Assembly (NCBI GenBank): GCA_964016885.1
Contig: OZ024741.1
Coordinates: forward strand, 200,136,001 to 200,200,000
Length of the DNA: 64,000 nucleotides
Reading direction: 5' to 3'
Source of the DNA: Eledone cirrhosa
Taxonomy: Eukaryota
A model generated the notes under the pieces. That model was given only the letters and a program-made list of their open reading frames with translations, was not told where the DNA came from and did no database searches. The position numbers and the translations under genes were made by a program. Position 1 is the stretch's first letter. Every line of letters starts with the position of its first letter. Positions 51,430 to 64,000 of this stretch are shown here, one piece after another.

Positions 51430-54400
51430 AACAAGGTCCCAGACCTCATTCGATAACCGAGTGGGCTAGAACACGTGAAATCGGACCAAGGGAACAATGT
51501 TTCCATTGCTGATATTTTCTACTGGTCGCAACTCCTGGCAGAAAGAGCAACGTGAAATAAAGTGTCTTACTCAAGGCCATAACGCATCACCCGATCCTGG
51601 AATCGAACTCATAACTTCATGATTGTGAATCCGACTCTAACCACTCAGCCACACGCCTTCACATTTTATAAAACGATTACTTTTTGAAGTTAAACAACGA
51701 GGCTTAGCTCCAACACCTTATGTTATCTTATTATTGTAATTCTTACCATTACAAAAGGACGGTGGGGTGGCAGAATCGTTGGAATGCCGGACAAAAGGAT
51801 TTGTAGTATTTGGTTACCGTACTATATAGTATGAGTTCAAATCACGCTGAAGTCAACTTTGCCTATCGCCCTTCTGAGATGGATAAAATAAAGTACCAGT
51901 AAAAGAACTGAGGTTAATATGATCGACTTACCCTTTCCCATCAAAATTGCTAATCTTGTGCCAACGTTAGAAAGAATATTACACCATTTGGTGAAGTGGA
52001 TTGGATAAAATGTTTCAAGCTCTCTGCGTAACTCTGAATATAGATCTCACCGAGATCAATTTTGCCTTTCATCTTTTCAAAGTTGATAAAAAATGTACCA
52101 GTCCAGTACATAGGTGGATTTTCCTTTATATCCCTTTCTTACTGCCCCCCGCCCCTCTCTCCCATTCTCGTTCCCTGGACGAAATCAACTATTTTCCGGC
52201 CTGGAGAGGGAATGTGTTCAGCAAGGTTTAAAGTGCCCAAGACACATCGTATGAAACGACAACTTTCCATCAATTTTATCAGGAGTTACAAATCCATCTT
52301 ACATTATACCATTTAGTAAGGGCTGTGGATTGACAGATTCGTTAGCTTGTCGGACAAAGGGATTTGCGATATTTGCTCCGGCTCTTTACGTTCACCAAGG
52401 TCAACTTTGCCTTTCATCCTTTCGAGGTCGATAAAATAAAGTACCAGTCAAATACAGGAGTCGATATATTTGACTGTCCTTTCTCCATAAATTGCCAGTC
52501 TTGTGCTTAAAATAGAAATCTACCTTTTGGTGTACGAATTCCACCTAGTGTGTGTTTCGTTACTTCAGACTAAGTACTTAATACTATACTGCACCAGCTC
52601 ATGTAGCGATAATTTCTTTAGTTTTAATAATAGAAGAAATGGTAAACACACTGAATTAAGAAACCTCCAAGTGGTCGCTGGATCTGTTCACTCAAGTCAT
52701 AACAAAGAGCAAACTGTTTAAATAATAATACAGCAACTAATATAACTGATATGGGACGGATATCTATAAAGAAATTGATTTATGGCAATATGTGTGACAG
52801 AGATCAATTGTTAGCTGAGATGGAAATTATATGAGAAAAGCGTCGAATTAGCAAAGTCGTTAGAAGGTCGGATAGAATGCTTTGCGGTATTCGTTCCGGC
52901 TCTCTACGTTTAAGGTTCAAAGCCCTCTAAGGCCAACTTTGCCTTTTATCTTTTCGAGGGTGATAAAAATGTACCAGACCAGTACTAGAGTCGTTTTTTC
53001 TACATCTCTTTCTCACTTCCTCTATATTTCCCATCTCTCTCCCCTTCTCCAGAAGAAATCGGCTGTGTTCAGACCTGGAGAAGGTATGGGCTCTGCTAGA
53101 TTTTAAAATGCTCAAGACACGCTGTATGTCACTACGAATCTATCTGGAGTTATGGGTCCTTACATACAAATATGAGATGCTTTACCAAAACTATTAAAGG
53201 AAAATAGAAACATATTCTCGTCGAAAGAATATGGCAGACGGGGAACCTGCAACCTTCTGTGCAATTCAGTGCGGCCTTTTGAAAGAATCAAAAATTTCCA
53301 ACAAATTTTTAATTTTTATTAAAATGTTTTGTTTATCTATTATTATTTTAATTTAGACCATAAGATGAATGTATTTTAAATAACAAAGAGTAAAAGAAAA
53401 TTCAACGAAACAATTCACACTGACGGTCAGCCAGAATTTTTAAAAATAGTAGATAATAAGGGCCATTTCCTTCAACAAGCTACCACAACAAAGTCCTAAA
53501 TGGTAGCTAACTTTAAAATTAATTTTGTTTTCATTTTTTAAATAATTAGTACATATCAATTATATTTTTACAAAATAATGTAGATTTTAAGAATATATAA
53601 TTATGGTTTCTTTAATGCGACCTTATTATATTATAGGTAACTTAATTTGGTCTTTTCCCCACCCTTGGAATAAAGTAACAAATTATTGTGATGTAACGAG
53701 AATATGCAACTTTCATTTATTTTGCGATTGAAAGACCCAAGAGAAGCGTAATAGTTTCAATTAACATTGGAAACTACTGTCTGGTGGGAGAAAATAAACA
53801 ATAAAAAAAATCTGGAGAAGTATCGATATATTCAATAACTTATATATAAACCTGTAACTCCATATGGAGTCGTAGGGGCATTGCCGTGGTGTACGACGTA
53901 TCTTGAGCATTTTAGACATGGCGGAGTCTATCCCTCTCCAGGTGTGAACACAGCAAATTTCTTACGAGAGAGAGAGAGAGAGAGGGAGAGAGAGGGGGAG
54001 AAAGATGGGGTGATAGAGGGGAAATTTAGAAGAGATATAGAGGAAGAATCGACCGAAGTACTGAGCTGGTTCATTTTTATTGACCTCAAAAAGAAGAAAG
54101 ACAAATCTGACATTGGCGGGATTTGAACACAGAAAGCGTAGAGAACCGAAACGACAACCGCAGAGCATTTTATTCGACGTTCTAACGTCTCTGCCAATTC
54201 ACTGCCTTATTCAATTACTTAGCAGCAGTAATAATAGTCGCAACAATTAATGTTGTAAGCAGTAGCTTACATCACCGTCCCAACAAACATTCTTGATACA
54301 CGAACAGCAGTAGTAGTGGGTGTCAGCAGGTTAGTTTTCTACATATACACGGGTCCCTTTACACTTATAAGAATATATAAGCGAATAAGAAAATACCTGA

Positions 54401-56480
54401 CATTGCCCACTTTGAGAAGTAGCTACAAATGGACCAGAAACTACGAGTGGTTATAAACAGGCTGGAAAGTATATATAATTCATGCATATTAAGTAGTTTC
54501 TAATTTAGACACAAAACCAGCAATTTGTGAGAAGTTGATTACATCCACCACAGTAAGTGATTGGTTCTTTATTTTATCGACCTCAGAAAGATGAAAGGCA
54601 TAATCCCTCGGCGGGATTTGAACTCAGAGAGCGCAGTGAGCCGGAACTATTACCAAAATGCACCCTATCCGACACTCTAACGTCGGCATTTGAACTCAGA
54701 ATTTAATGGGCTATAACTAAACGCCCTTACGACTCTGCCAATCTACTGCCCTATTTCATACATATTAATTAAGAACACAAAATTAAGATAGTTTTTATTC
54801 ATTTGAAAGTATTATTGAAGAAAATAGTTTCTTATTTACTTGAAACCCTTTTTTAAATTTTTTTATTGCTTTATCAGGGTGGGAAGGGCGGTGTCCATGA
54901 CCCTCTTCAGGGCCACCAAGACAAGCACAATGGGTGGAGGGTGGAAGTATCCTCAAACCAGAGACTAGAATGCTTTTAACGGACTAGACTCCGATAAAAA
55001 GCAACCAAGTTCCAGGTGGTGGTGTTAACTCGATCGACATATTAAATCTCCCACCCAATTAGGCCACAACATGGTCTGAATTCAAAACGTAAAAGGCCAG
55101 AACAAATATCTTAAGACATCTTGTCTAACAATTTAACAATTCCGTCAAATCCGCTGCTCTGAACTGGTTCTTCACTTTATAAATTGTGAAAGGACGAAAA
55201 ACAAAGTTGAACTCGGCGGCATTTGAACCCAGAGAATAGAGTGAACCGGAAAAAATAGAGCAATATATTTTGTTCTGAGCTCTAACGACTCAGCTAAATT
55301 TCCACAAACCTTTTAAAAATTAGTAGAAGCTTAAATGTTGGGAGGTAAAATCATCCATGGAAATAAGATCATTCTTATAACGTATGGGAACGAATATGGC
55401 CCCAAACAATTCACACGTTCAGTAGCGTAGCAGGAAAGGGGCGGCACATTTGAGTATGTTGTATATATTTCAGTATGTGTGGGACCGGTAGTGAGGAGCG
55501 GCAAACTCAAGAGCTACCCCGGCGGCATACACTCTTGTCACGTCACTGCATACGGCCAAATAGGGTACAAATATCGGCAATATTCACAGAAATATTTGAA
55601 ATTTTGTTTTATTCCTTCGATAATGAGGCAGTGCCTATGTATTTATTACGAGAGAAGACATTTGTAATTGATGCGTTGAAGCTTTCAGACGGTGCATTCA
55701 GAGAAATTGGCCGTTGAATCCTTGAGCCGATGTATTTAGATAAGTAAAACAAATATTTCCAGTTTTTTAAGACATTGAATGAAAGGTTTGGAAAATGTCC
55801 AACAATAATAATTGTTTAGCTAATGATATTTTATTTAAGGGGGAAATGAAAACCTCTTACAATATATCTTTTAATATCACAAAAAATGGTGGGATATTAG
55901 ACATAATTGGAGAGGGTATTGTTATATTACCTAGGGCGGTGGATTGGCAGTATCGGTAGTGAGTCGGACGCCATGATTTACAGAATAGAATTACGGCCCT
56001 TTACAGTCTGAGTTCAAATCCCGCCGAGGTTAACTTTGCCTTTAATCCTTACGGGGTCGATAAGATAAAGCACCAGTAATGCACTGGGATAATTGCTGGC
56101 CTTGTGACTAAAGTAGAAACAATTATTATATTAGCTGTTAAGGAAGTCATAGAAATTGTCATAAAGAAACATTGAACTTAACGTTAGTCCTCTGAGTAAA
56201 AGGCCATATTTTTTAGATTGCAGATGTTGAAAAAACTTTAGAACTTCAGTAGCGTAAGTTTTTTTAATTTTATTCAGCTGGATAGATCAACGTTTAGTGG
56301 TGTTAATCTTCACATGGCTTCCTCTTTGCATTCTGTGTTCAATTCTCGCCTTTTTCAACCTTGCCTTTCATCCTTCCGAGATCGATAAAATAAAGTGCCA
56401 CTCAATTACTGGTATCAATTTAATCACTTTCTCCCTTTCCTCAAATTTACTGGCCTTGTGTCTAAGTTTGAAACTAATAT
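51430..56480. mobile_element. Dense SINE cluster (about 10 copies, both orientations)
   Basis: Approximate copies: 51430-51660(-), 51760-51980(+), 51990-52300(+), 52320-52520(+), 52840-53170(+), 53850-54210(-), 54495-54752(-), 55000-55300(-), 55935-56125(+), 56310-56480(+). Confidence 0.8.
54397..54461 (-). CDS. Candidate 65-nt exon (possibly UTR + ATG TCA G)
   Basis: TATACTTTCCAG acceptor and CAG|GTATTT donor. Confidence 0.3.
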
Positions 56481-57356
56481 TCTCACGGTATATTTAATTT
56501 ATCCCGGTCCCAATAAAAATGCGTTGCTGATGAATTTATCTTTAGAAAAGTGCTTAAATGTAAAAAGATTTACTTTTATAGAGAAGTATTCGAATAAAAA
56601 CTACTATTCTTCTTAATAATATTACGATGGTTGCTTCTATGGCTCCCAAGAGACGGGTGGTGCTATTATGCCAGGCAACAAATTAAGTCATTTAAGTAGA
56701 TCATAGCTTTAATTTGAACTCAGAACGCAAATTTACATCGAGGAATTATGGTCAACAAGTCGATATTTTATATATCGATATAATTTCATTGTATATTCTG
56801 ACTTCGGATTTTTCAATATATCAATATAGAGATGCTTCACGGCTTGTGGGTGAATTATTTTGATCATTCCTCGCTGCCTTCCACTGTCCAAGACTGTCAC
56901 AGTTACTATCCAGTCACTTCTTATATCATACGTGAGTTTGTGTCTCGACTAAAACTTAATTATGGATAAATAATGTCGTGTCTAATTAATCAATAAGATT
57001 GTGTTACTCTCTAAAATGCTCGTTGAGTCGGATTCTTAACATTAATAATTATCCATTTAATTGTGTTAGTTATTGTTGTTTTCAAGACTAGAAACAGCGT
57101 TGTCTAACAATTTATAAGAGAGTACTCTGTTTTTGTTGAATCGCCAAGTCTAACAAGCGGATCGATGCTGGAGTTTGGTCCATAGCTTCTATATGTGACC
57201 TTGAGTCAATTATCTGCGAAACGTATGTAACAGGTCGATAATCAATAAAAACATGTAAACGAAACTGAATCGTTTTTCCTTATTATATACACTCTGCCTG
57301 TGCATAGAGTGCTCATATTGGTGCCACTCCTAGTAATTCACTGAGTCACCAATACT

Positions 57357-57622
57357 ATGTATGTATGTATGTATGTATGTATGTATGTATGTATGTATGT
57401 ATGTATGTATGTATGTATGTATGTATGTATGTCAGGTCACCAGTTGGTGCTACTGGTAACATGTATCCCAGTACAACCTGTCTCATGGTCGAGTCGTTGG
57501 CGACGAAACTGGCAACCCCACCAAGGTTTCTTGGTGAGGAGGGTGACTTTGGACATCCTGCAGGACTAAAAACAAAACATGTCAAAAGGCAAAGGAACTC
57601 TTAGGAGTCAATGGCCATCCAA
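57357..57622 (-). mobile_element. Short retroposon with (ACAT)n tail (tail 57357-57431)
   Basis: Homologous to 3277-3523. Confidence 0.7.
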
Positions 57623-57634
57623 AATCACCGGGAG

Positions 57635-58045
57635 AGATGACCCCTTAGCCTTTGTCAAGGCAGAATTCTAGGAGAAGGAAAACTCTGATATAACACCTGC
57701 AACCCTGATGGTATCCAATGATGTTGACTTGTTCTTCTTTTTGGTAAATATCATCTTGGTTAAGAGAGTGGGACTGGCTTTGTGCAGTGCCTTTGCTCAC
57801 TATAAAAGCTTCACGGCACAGGCATTGCTTTATATCTGGAGATCTCTCTGCACTTGTCGTCACATGGTACCATGGGCCCAGCACTATGCGTCGATAATTG
57901 TCACAAGTGTAGTGTTTGTACCAGAGTTTTCAAGTCGCTGGCTGGACTAAAAAGTCACACTCGTTCAGCGCATTGGTAGGGGTTCTCCTACATGGATATA
58001 AAGTAGTGGCCGTACTCGAAAACGAGTTGGCAGCCACCATGTATG
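57635..58045 (+). mobile_element. Bipartite non-autonomous RTE-derived element (5' UTR + C2H2 remnant + 3' end)
   Basis: RTE-like 5' CTAGGAGAAGGAAAACTCTGA; encodes CSVCTRVFKSLAGLKSHTRSAHW*; ends GGCAGCCACCATGTATG. Confidence 0.75.
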
Positions 58046-58836
58046 CATATGTATATACTACCAACATTAGATTAAAGATGTCATGTCTGAGAATATCAGA
58101 ATCATGTGCCATGCCACATGTGGAATAAGCTCAAAGATACCAAGTAGTCAATCTGAACATTTATATTAAATTAAAAGTAGGACGACACACATATACATAA
58201 AATAAACACATCAAACAATTACAGGGGGTGAATCATAGATGTCAAATGTTGTATCATCAGCAAAGGAGAAGATTTAACTATCTATGATTACACACTAAAA
58301 GCAAATCAGGGAATAACGGTGAAAGGGCACATGTGGTTTAAAAAACACACATCGCCCCACCGTCAAGCCAGTGGCGTGAATAGGGTTACCGACAGCTAGA
58401 AATAACAGCAGAATTAATTTTGTATATATATATATTCTCATATACATACATACATACATGGTGGCTGCCAACTCGTTTTCGAGTACGGCCACTACTTTAT
58501 ATCCATGTAGGAGAACCTCTACCTATAGATTCTGATTGTGCAAAAAAAAAGAAGAAAAAAAAGGATAAATAAAAAAATTGTTTGGACATGCCCTTTTCAC
58601 TGACAACATACCTAATGATTCTTTCATCATTTATATATGCTGGCTGTAATAGGGAGCAGTATTAAAAAAACAACACTGGAAAAAACTAATAATATTTTTA
58701 TCTAAATGATTTGCTTTGAACAAACGACAATAAATATCCTGCTATAATTCCTACTTTAGTTAAATTTCAGCAATCATATTTCATTCGTCAAATATTTTGT
58801 AATATGTGCCAAAAATATATTGTAACTTTCATAAAA

Positions 58837-58970
58837 TACCTGGGAATCACCGGGTACCTCTGCTAGTATATATATATAAAATCGAAAATGTCTGTCTGTC
58901 TGTATGCAGGCGATGCATTTACAGTTTTCATCCGATTTTGTTCAAATTTGATACATCGGTTATTTGGTTA
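58837..58970 (+). mobile_element. Helitron-like 3' end joined to a Helitron-like 5' end
   Basis: Hairpin TACCTGG-GAATCA-CCGGGTA (58837-58856), then CTAG|T (58863-58867), then TATATATAAAATCGAAAATGTCTGTCTGTCTGT. Confidence 0.6.
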
Positions 58971-59371
58971 TAGTTGGGGGGAGGGGGGGGGGGTGATAGT
59001 AATTATGTCAACGTCATATAACGGAAGTTGAAATTTGAAACTTTTAACGGAAGTGCATCTTGAAATAAGCAATACTTAATACATAAAATTATTTGTTTAA
59101 TCAAGAACTACAAATTTAATACATAAAGTATATAATATTCATTAATTATTTATTCAAAGTATTTTAATAACGTGTTCAGAAAAAATCAAAAGGATACAGT
59201 CTCGTAGTTCTCTATTTATTATTTTATAGATTTCAACGGTTCCCTTATGCAATCCATGATGTAACGTATGCATTTGTTGTTGGTATGGGAACGGTATCTT
59301 CAGATGAAAATCTGATTATGTGATATGCCCAGTCAAAAAAAACAAAACATATCCTTCTTATATATATATAA

Positions 59372-60952
59372 GGGGGCTAATATACCATTTAGCCTTAATT
59401 GGCGTTTAGTAGCACGCTCTAATAACCTTTCTACACATACTAAATTTTGTAATCTCTGTATCCTTGAGACACACTCTATGATTTTCTCTAGTGAATCCTT
59501 ACTTAATAGAAAGTCTGAGATATTCTCTTCTTGCCCCCACGCTATTTCTAATTCTTACTTTTATTATAAACCTAAAGGTTCTAGTAGTGTAAATTGTATC
59601 CATTAGCTGATATATTCCATTACTTATTTTTTTAGTTTAGGTTCATTTTGTTTACCACCATTATTATCATCATTATTATCATTGGTTTTTGACAACTTTT
59701 TATTCTAGCTCTCATAATCTTTTGGCTACTATACCATATCTATCTTCTTACACATTAAATTTTCACTATTAACACCTTATGAGTATATATCTGATTATAT
59801 ATTTTATATTATTTTATTTTATTTCATTTTATTTTATTTTATTTGGATTCTTCTTTGGATAACTACCCCCCCTCCCTCCTACCCCCCCCCCATGCACACA
59901 TAAACTTATTGCTAACCTCTTCAAATATATTATGATTATATTTAATCCCCTTTTTATGCTCCTTTCTATTATATAATACAGTATATTGATTATGATTTTA
60001 TGCTCCCTTGTATCCTTCATACATTTCTTTTTTTCTGTCCACATTAGCCTACCATAATTTTGCTTAAAGTCAGTTTATTAGATAACGTTATGTAAATGAT
60101 AGTAGAATATTTCATTCCTTTCTATATATATTTATAGTTGATATCTTAATGTTTAGGGATTTTGATTACTTAAACCATAGCTAATATTGTATTGCCTTAT
60201 TAAGTATTTTAAATATTTTCAATATTAATTTATCAAATACGGTTTTCTAGTCATTTATCCGGGTTGTTTCCTAAGTTTTTACTTAACTGCATGTGAGACC
60301 TAAGTAAATACTTTTGTTTTTGTTTTTTTGATTTCCGGTCGATTGTATTTATTTATTTATTAATACTACTGTGCATAGTATTTTCTGTCTGGCCCTTATT
60401 CACTCGTTCACATAAGTGTCTGTTTACCAACCTTGTAATTATAAGTAATTATATATTATATTATGTTCATTATTTTATATTGAAGTTGTTATTCAACTCT
60501 TTGTAGATGTACTATTGATCTTAATTACTTACCGATGATTTTATGTACCATTATGATATGTTAAATTTTATATATTCTGTAAGATGTTTATATTTTTGTA
60601 CCATCATAATTTTGGTATTGTACAATATATATTTTTTTCTCACCTGCTCTGTAACTCTATATGAATTGATTTGTTAACTTACATGCCATTATATATTATT
60701 ATATTATTATTATAGTGTTATTGTGACATCTATATTGTTTGTGTAAATTAACCGGAGATTATCTATTATATTATATTATATATTATATAATTATATAGTT
60801 TATTATATATTATATGTTTTACTTTTAATCATTTCATTACTTCATGTTATACTGTATATTATATATACGTCCTTAATAGGACGAAACATTGTTGGCTAAT
60901 AAAGACTTTTGATGTATTGAAGGCTTCTTTGTTTTATTTTCATAATATTTTC

Positions 60953-60955
<3 letters not shown>
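59372..60955 (+). mobile_element. 5'-truncated Penelope-like element (GIY-YIG C-terminus + long AT-rich 3' region), in (AT)n
   Basis: PFSLNWRLVARS..CNLCILE..LLNRKSEIFSSCPH; partial hammerhead at 60869-60893 followed by AATAAA. Confidence 0.75.
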
Positions 60956-61447
<492 letters not shown>

Positions 61448-61564
61448 GTATATATATGTATAAATTTGAATAATCTTAAAATATATAATTTTAAATATAT
61501 ATAATTTTAAAATATATAATTTTAAAATATATAAATTTAAATATATAATTTAAAATATATATCT

Positions 61565-63090
61565 CTCGAAGACAACAACTCAAAAATTCAAACATAGAAT
61601 ATGAAATCAGCTGGACAAAACTATCAACAGCAAGGGCCTATATAATTGGTCTGTCCCATTGCAGTCTCTGTAATATGGAACTTTTCCAAATTCTAAACTT
61701 CAACAAAATTCTTCTTAACAGTAAAATTGAACGAATTATTTTTTGTCGACATAAATCAGCAACGAAATTCGAGAACTTTAGACCAGCTTAATTCCATCTT
61801 ATCTATTCCATAACCCTGATTGTACCACTTGGATCTACTATGATATCACATTATCAACAGCATCATCACCATTCTAATTATCAAAGAACAGCATCTAAAC
61901 CTCTTATATTTACATTCTTATTTTATATATCTCTATCTTTCACTCTCTATCTTTGCATGTCTCTCCCTAAACTTATTTCATCTCGGTCATTTTATCTTAC
62001 ATATAATATATCTTAAAACTAGTTAATTAATTTACTTATTAAAATAACTTATACACACATAAATATATTTAACATTATCATATTTTCAACTTAATATCTA
62101 TCCATATATTTAACAATTCTCAAAAACTATTCTCAATAATCTTAACTTGTTTAAATATTCTTCGTACATTTTTACTTCTTTTACATATTTATTTATTTAT
62201 TTTCATCTTCACTTTTCACATATACCATTTTATATTATATTAGATGTAATTTGTTTATTTATTTATCTATTTATTTATTTATTTATTTATCTATCAATTT
62301 TTTATATATTGTTTATATATTTTTTCATTTATTTCCTCATATATTTCTATATATTTATCTTTATTTTTATTTACATTTATTCGTATATTAACGTTTATTC
62401 ATCTACCCCCCCCCCCCCACCTTCTTCTCTCTATCCTATTTCTACTTGTGTTTGTCTATCATATTCATCTATTTGTCCCTCCACATTCTTCTCTCTATCC
62501 TACGTTATCTCTACTTGTGTTTGTCTATCATATTCTATACATCTTAATTTTAGTTGTAATAATATCTCCTTTTTCCTCTTCTTTCTCTATTTCTTTTTTC
62601 TTTTTCCTTCTTCTTTCTTCTTCCTTTCCCTTCTCTCTTTACTATATCTATCTCCCTTCTTTTTTTCTTCTCTCTCTATATCTTTATTATTAATATTATT
62701 ATTGATGTCGTAATTTGAATTTGTAAATTTGCCGGTTACATATATATTTTTTAACAGTTTCTGAAGATATGATGGAGCCAATATGTATTCTAAATTGAGT
62801 GGCATTACTTTCAGTGTTTAGCAATTTTAAGACAACTCTATCAGTGAAACAATTGTTAGACTGTAACTAAATCTCCTTTTTTGTACAGTTGACCATGTTA
62901 TTCTCCACTTTTTCAATTTTATTACTCCAAGATAAACTTACATAGGAATACAAGTGAAATCATAAACTCATCGACGTAAACCTCTTGTTGAGTCATTCAA
63001 TGCCGTACGCTAAAACTATCCATAATAATAAGTATTCACAACCTCTAATTGGATTACCTATAACGATATCTTGTTATCCTTTATAATTTT
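61565..63090 (+). mobile_element. Second 5'-truncated Penelope-like element, in (AT)n
   Basis: Manual translation ~61582-61790: NSNIEYEISWTKLSTARAYIIGLSHCSLCNMELFQILNFNKILLNSKIERIIFCRHK..*; hammerhead at 62754-62864. Confidence 0.75.
62754..62864 (+). ncRNA. Minimal type I hammerhead motif with long stem II insert
   Basis: ACAGTTT-CTGAAGA-TA TGATGGAG..CTCTATCA GT-GAAAC-AATT-GTT^-AGACTGT. Confidence 0.65.
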
Positions 63091-63251
63091 AAATATATAT
63101 ATATATATATATATGAATGTATATATAGTGTATTTTGCAATACACTGTATGCTTAATTAAAAGAATTTTGAAGACCTTACGCTATTGTTTTAGAGTAGTG
63201 ACAGTCTCACTTACTTTACATTTTCAGCAAACGGGGGGGGGGGGGAGATAA

Positions 63252-63296
63252 AGCTGACAGAGCTCTGTTTCGTACTATTTGGTACTTATCAAAGCT
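63252..63296 (-). ncRNA. Type I hammerhead ribozyme, U3-A8 core variant
   Basis: AGCT-TTGATAA-GTAC CAAATA GTAC-GAAA-CAG AGCT CTG-TC^-AGCT. Confidence 0.85.
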
Positions 63297-63688
63297 AAGT
63301 ACTCCAGCTGTCTGCTGAAAATCATGAATGTTTGATTCTTATAGAATTCTAGTAATAATCAGGAACTGATTATGCAGAGCGGTTGCCGGTCAAGCAGAAA
63401 TTGAAAATTAGAATTGGTGCTCTGAAATAGCGATATATATATGAATGTATATATAGTGTATTTTGCAATACACTGTATGCTTAATTAAAAGCATTTTGAA
63501 GACATTACGCTATTGTTTTAGAGTAGTGACAGTTTCACTTACTTTAATAAATCGCTATTTCAGAACACCAATTCTAATTTTCAATTTCTGCTTGACCGGC
63601 AACCGCTCTGTATAATCAGTTCCTGATTATTACTAGAATTCTATAAGAATCAAACATTCATGATTTTCAGCAGACAGGTGGAGTACTT

Positions 63689-63733
63689 AGCTTTGATAAG
63701 TACCAAAAAGTACGAAACAGAGTTCTGTCAGCT
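63689..63733 (+). ncRNA. Type I hammerhead ribozyme, U3-A8 core variant
   Basis: AGCT-TTGATAA-GTAC CAAAAA GTAC-GAAA-CAG AGTT CTG-TC^-AGCT; predicted cleavage after 63729. Confidence 0.85.
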
Positions 63734-63833
63734 TTATCTCCCCCTGTTTGCTGAAAATTTAAAGTAAGTGAGACTGTCACTACTCTAAAACAATAGCGTA
63801 AGGTTTTCAAAATGCTTTTAATGAAGCATACAG

Positions 63834-63993
<160 letters not shown>

Positions 63994-64000
63994 TATATAT

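Noticed and set aside
54420-54432. 13-nt match (TAGCTACAAATGG) to the 63-bp repeat
   Set aside because: Too short to exclude chance in 64 kb.
55935-56030. tRNA gene
   Set aside because: A/B-box-like motifs continue into the SINE body and no cloverleaf forms; the same holds for the other SINE heads.

Overview
Eukaryotic, AT-rich, microsatellite-rich animal DNA. A cephalopod (Octopus-like) origin is inferred from the SINE and microsatellite content and is not proven. The window is mostly retroelements, sorted by microsatellite. (1) A ~17 kb pile-up in (AAT)n holds three R4/Dong-type RLE LINE copies of one family, one copy of a second R4/Dong family, and an antisense full-length Tx1-clade LINE plus a stub. 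(2) Three R4/Dong-type copies sit in (ACAT)n, each directly followed by the 3' end of an antisense RTE-type element. (3) Penelope-like elements (PLEs) and non-coding hammerhead-ribozyme (HHR) elements sit in (AT)n. The most notable object is a non-coding, self-complementary 328-bp unit at 63115-63834. It carries an intact type I hammerhead with a compensatory U3-A8 core and is arranged as partial tandem plus inverted copy (retrozyme-like). Further HHR motifs lie at ~47.6, 59.3, 60.9, 61.1-61.3 and 62.8 kb. Also present: degenerate RTE, CR1-like and CRE-like LINEs, many tRNA-derived SINEs, MITEs, a Helitron head-to-tail junction, a 63-bp minisatellite and a few low-confidence minus-strand exons of an unidentified host gene. 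No intact cellular gene could be recognised. All alignments and folds were done by eye.
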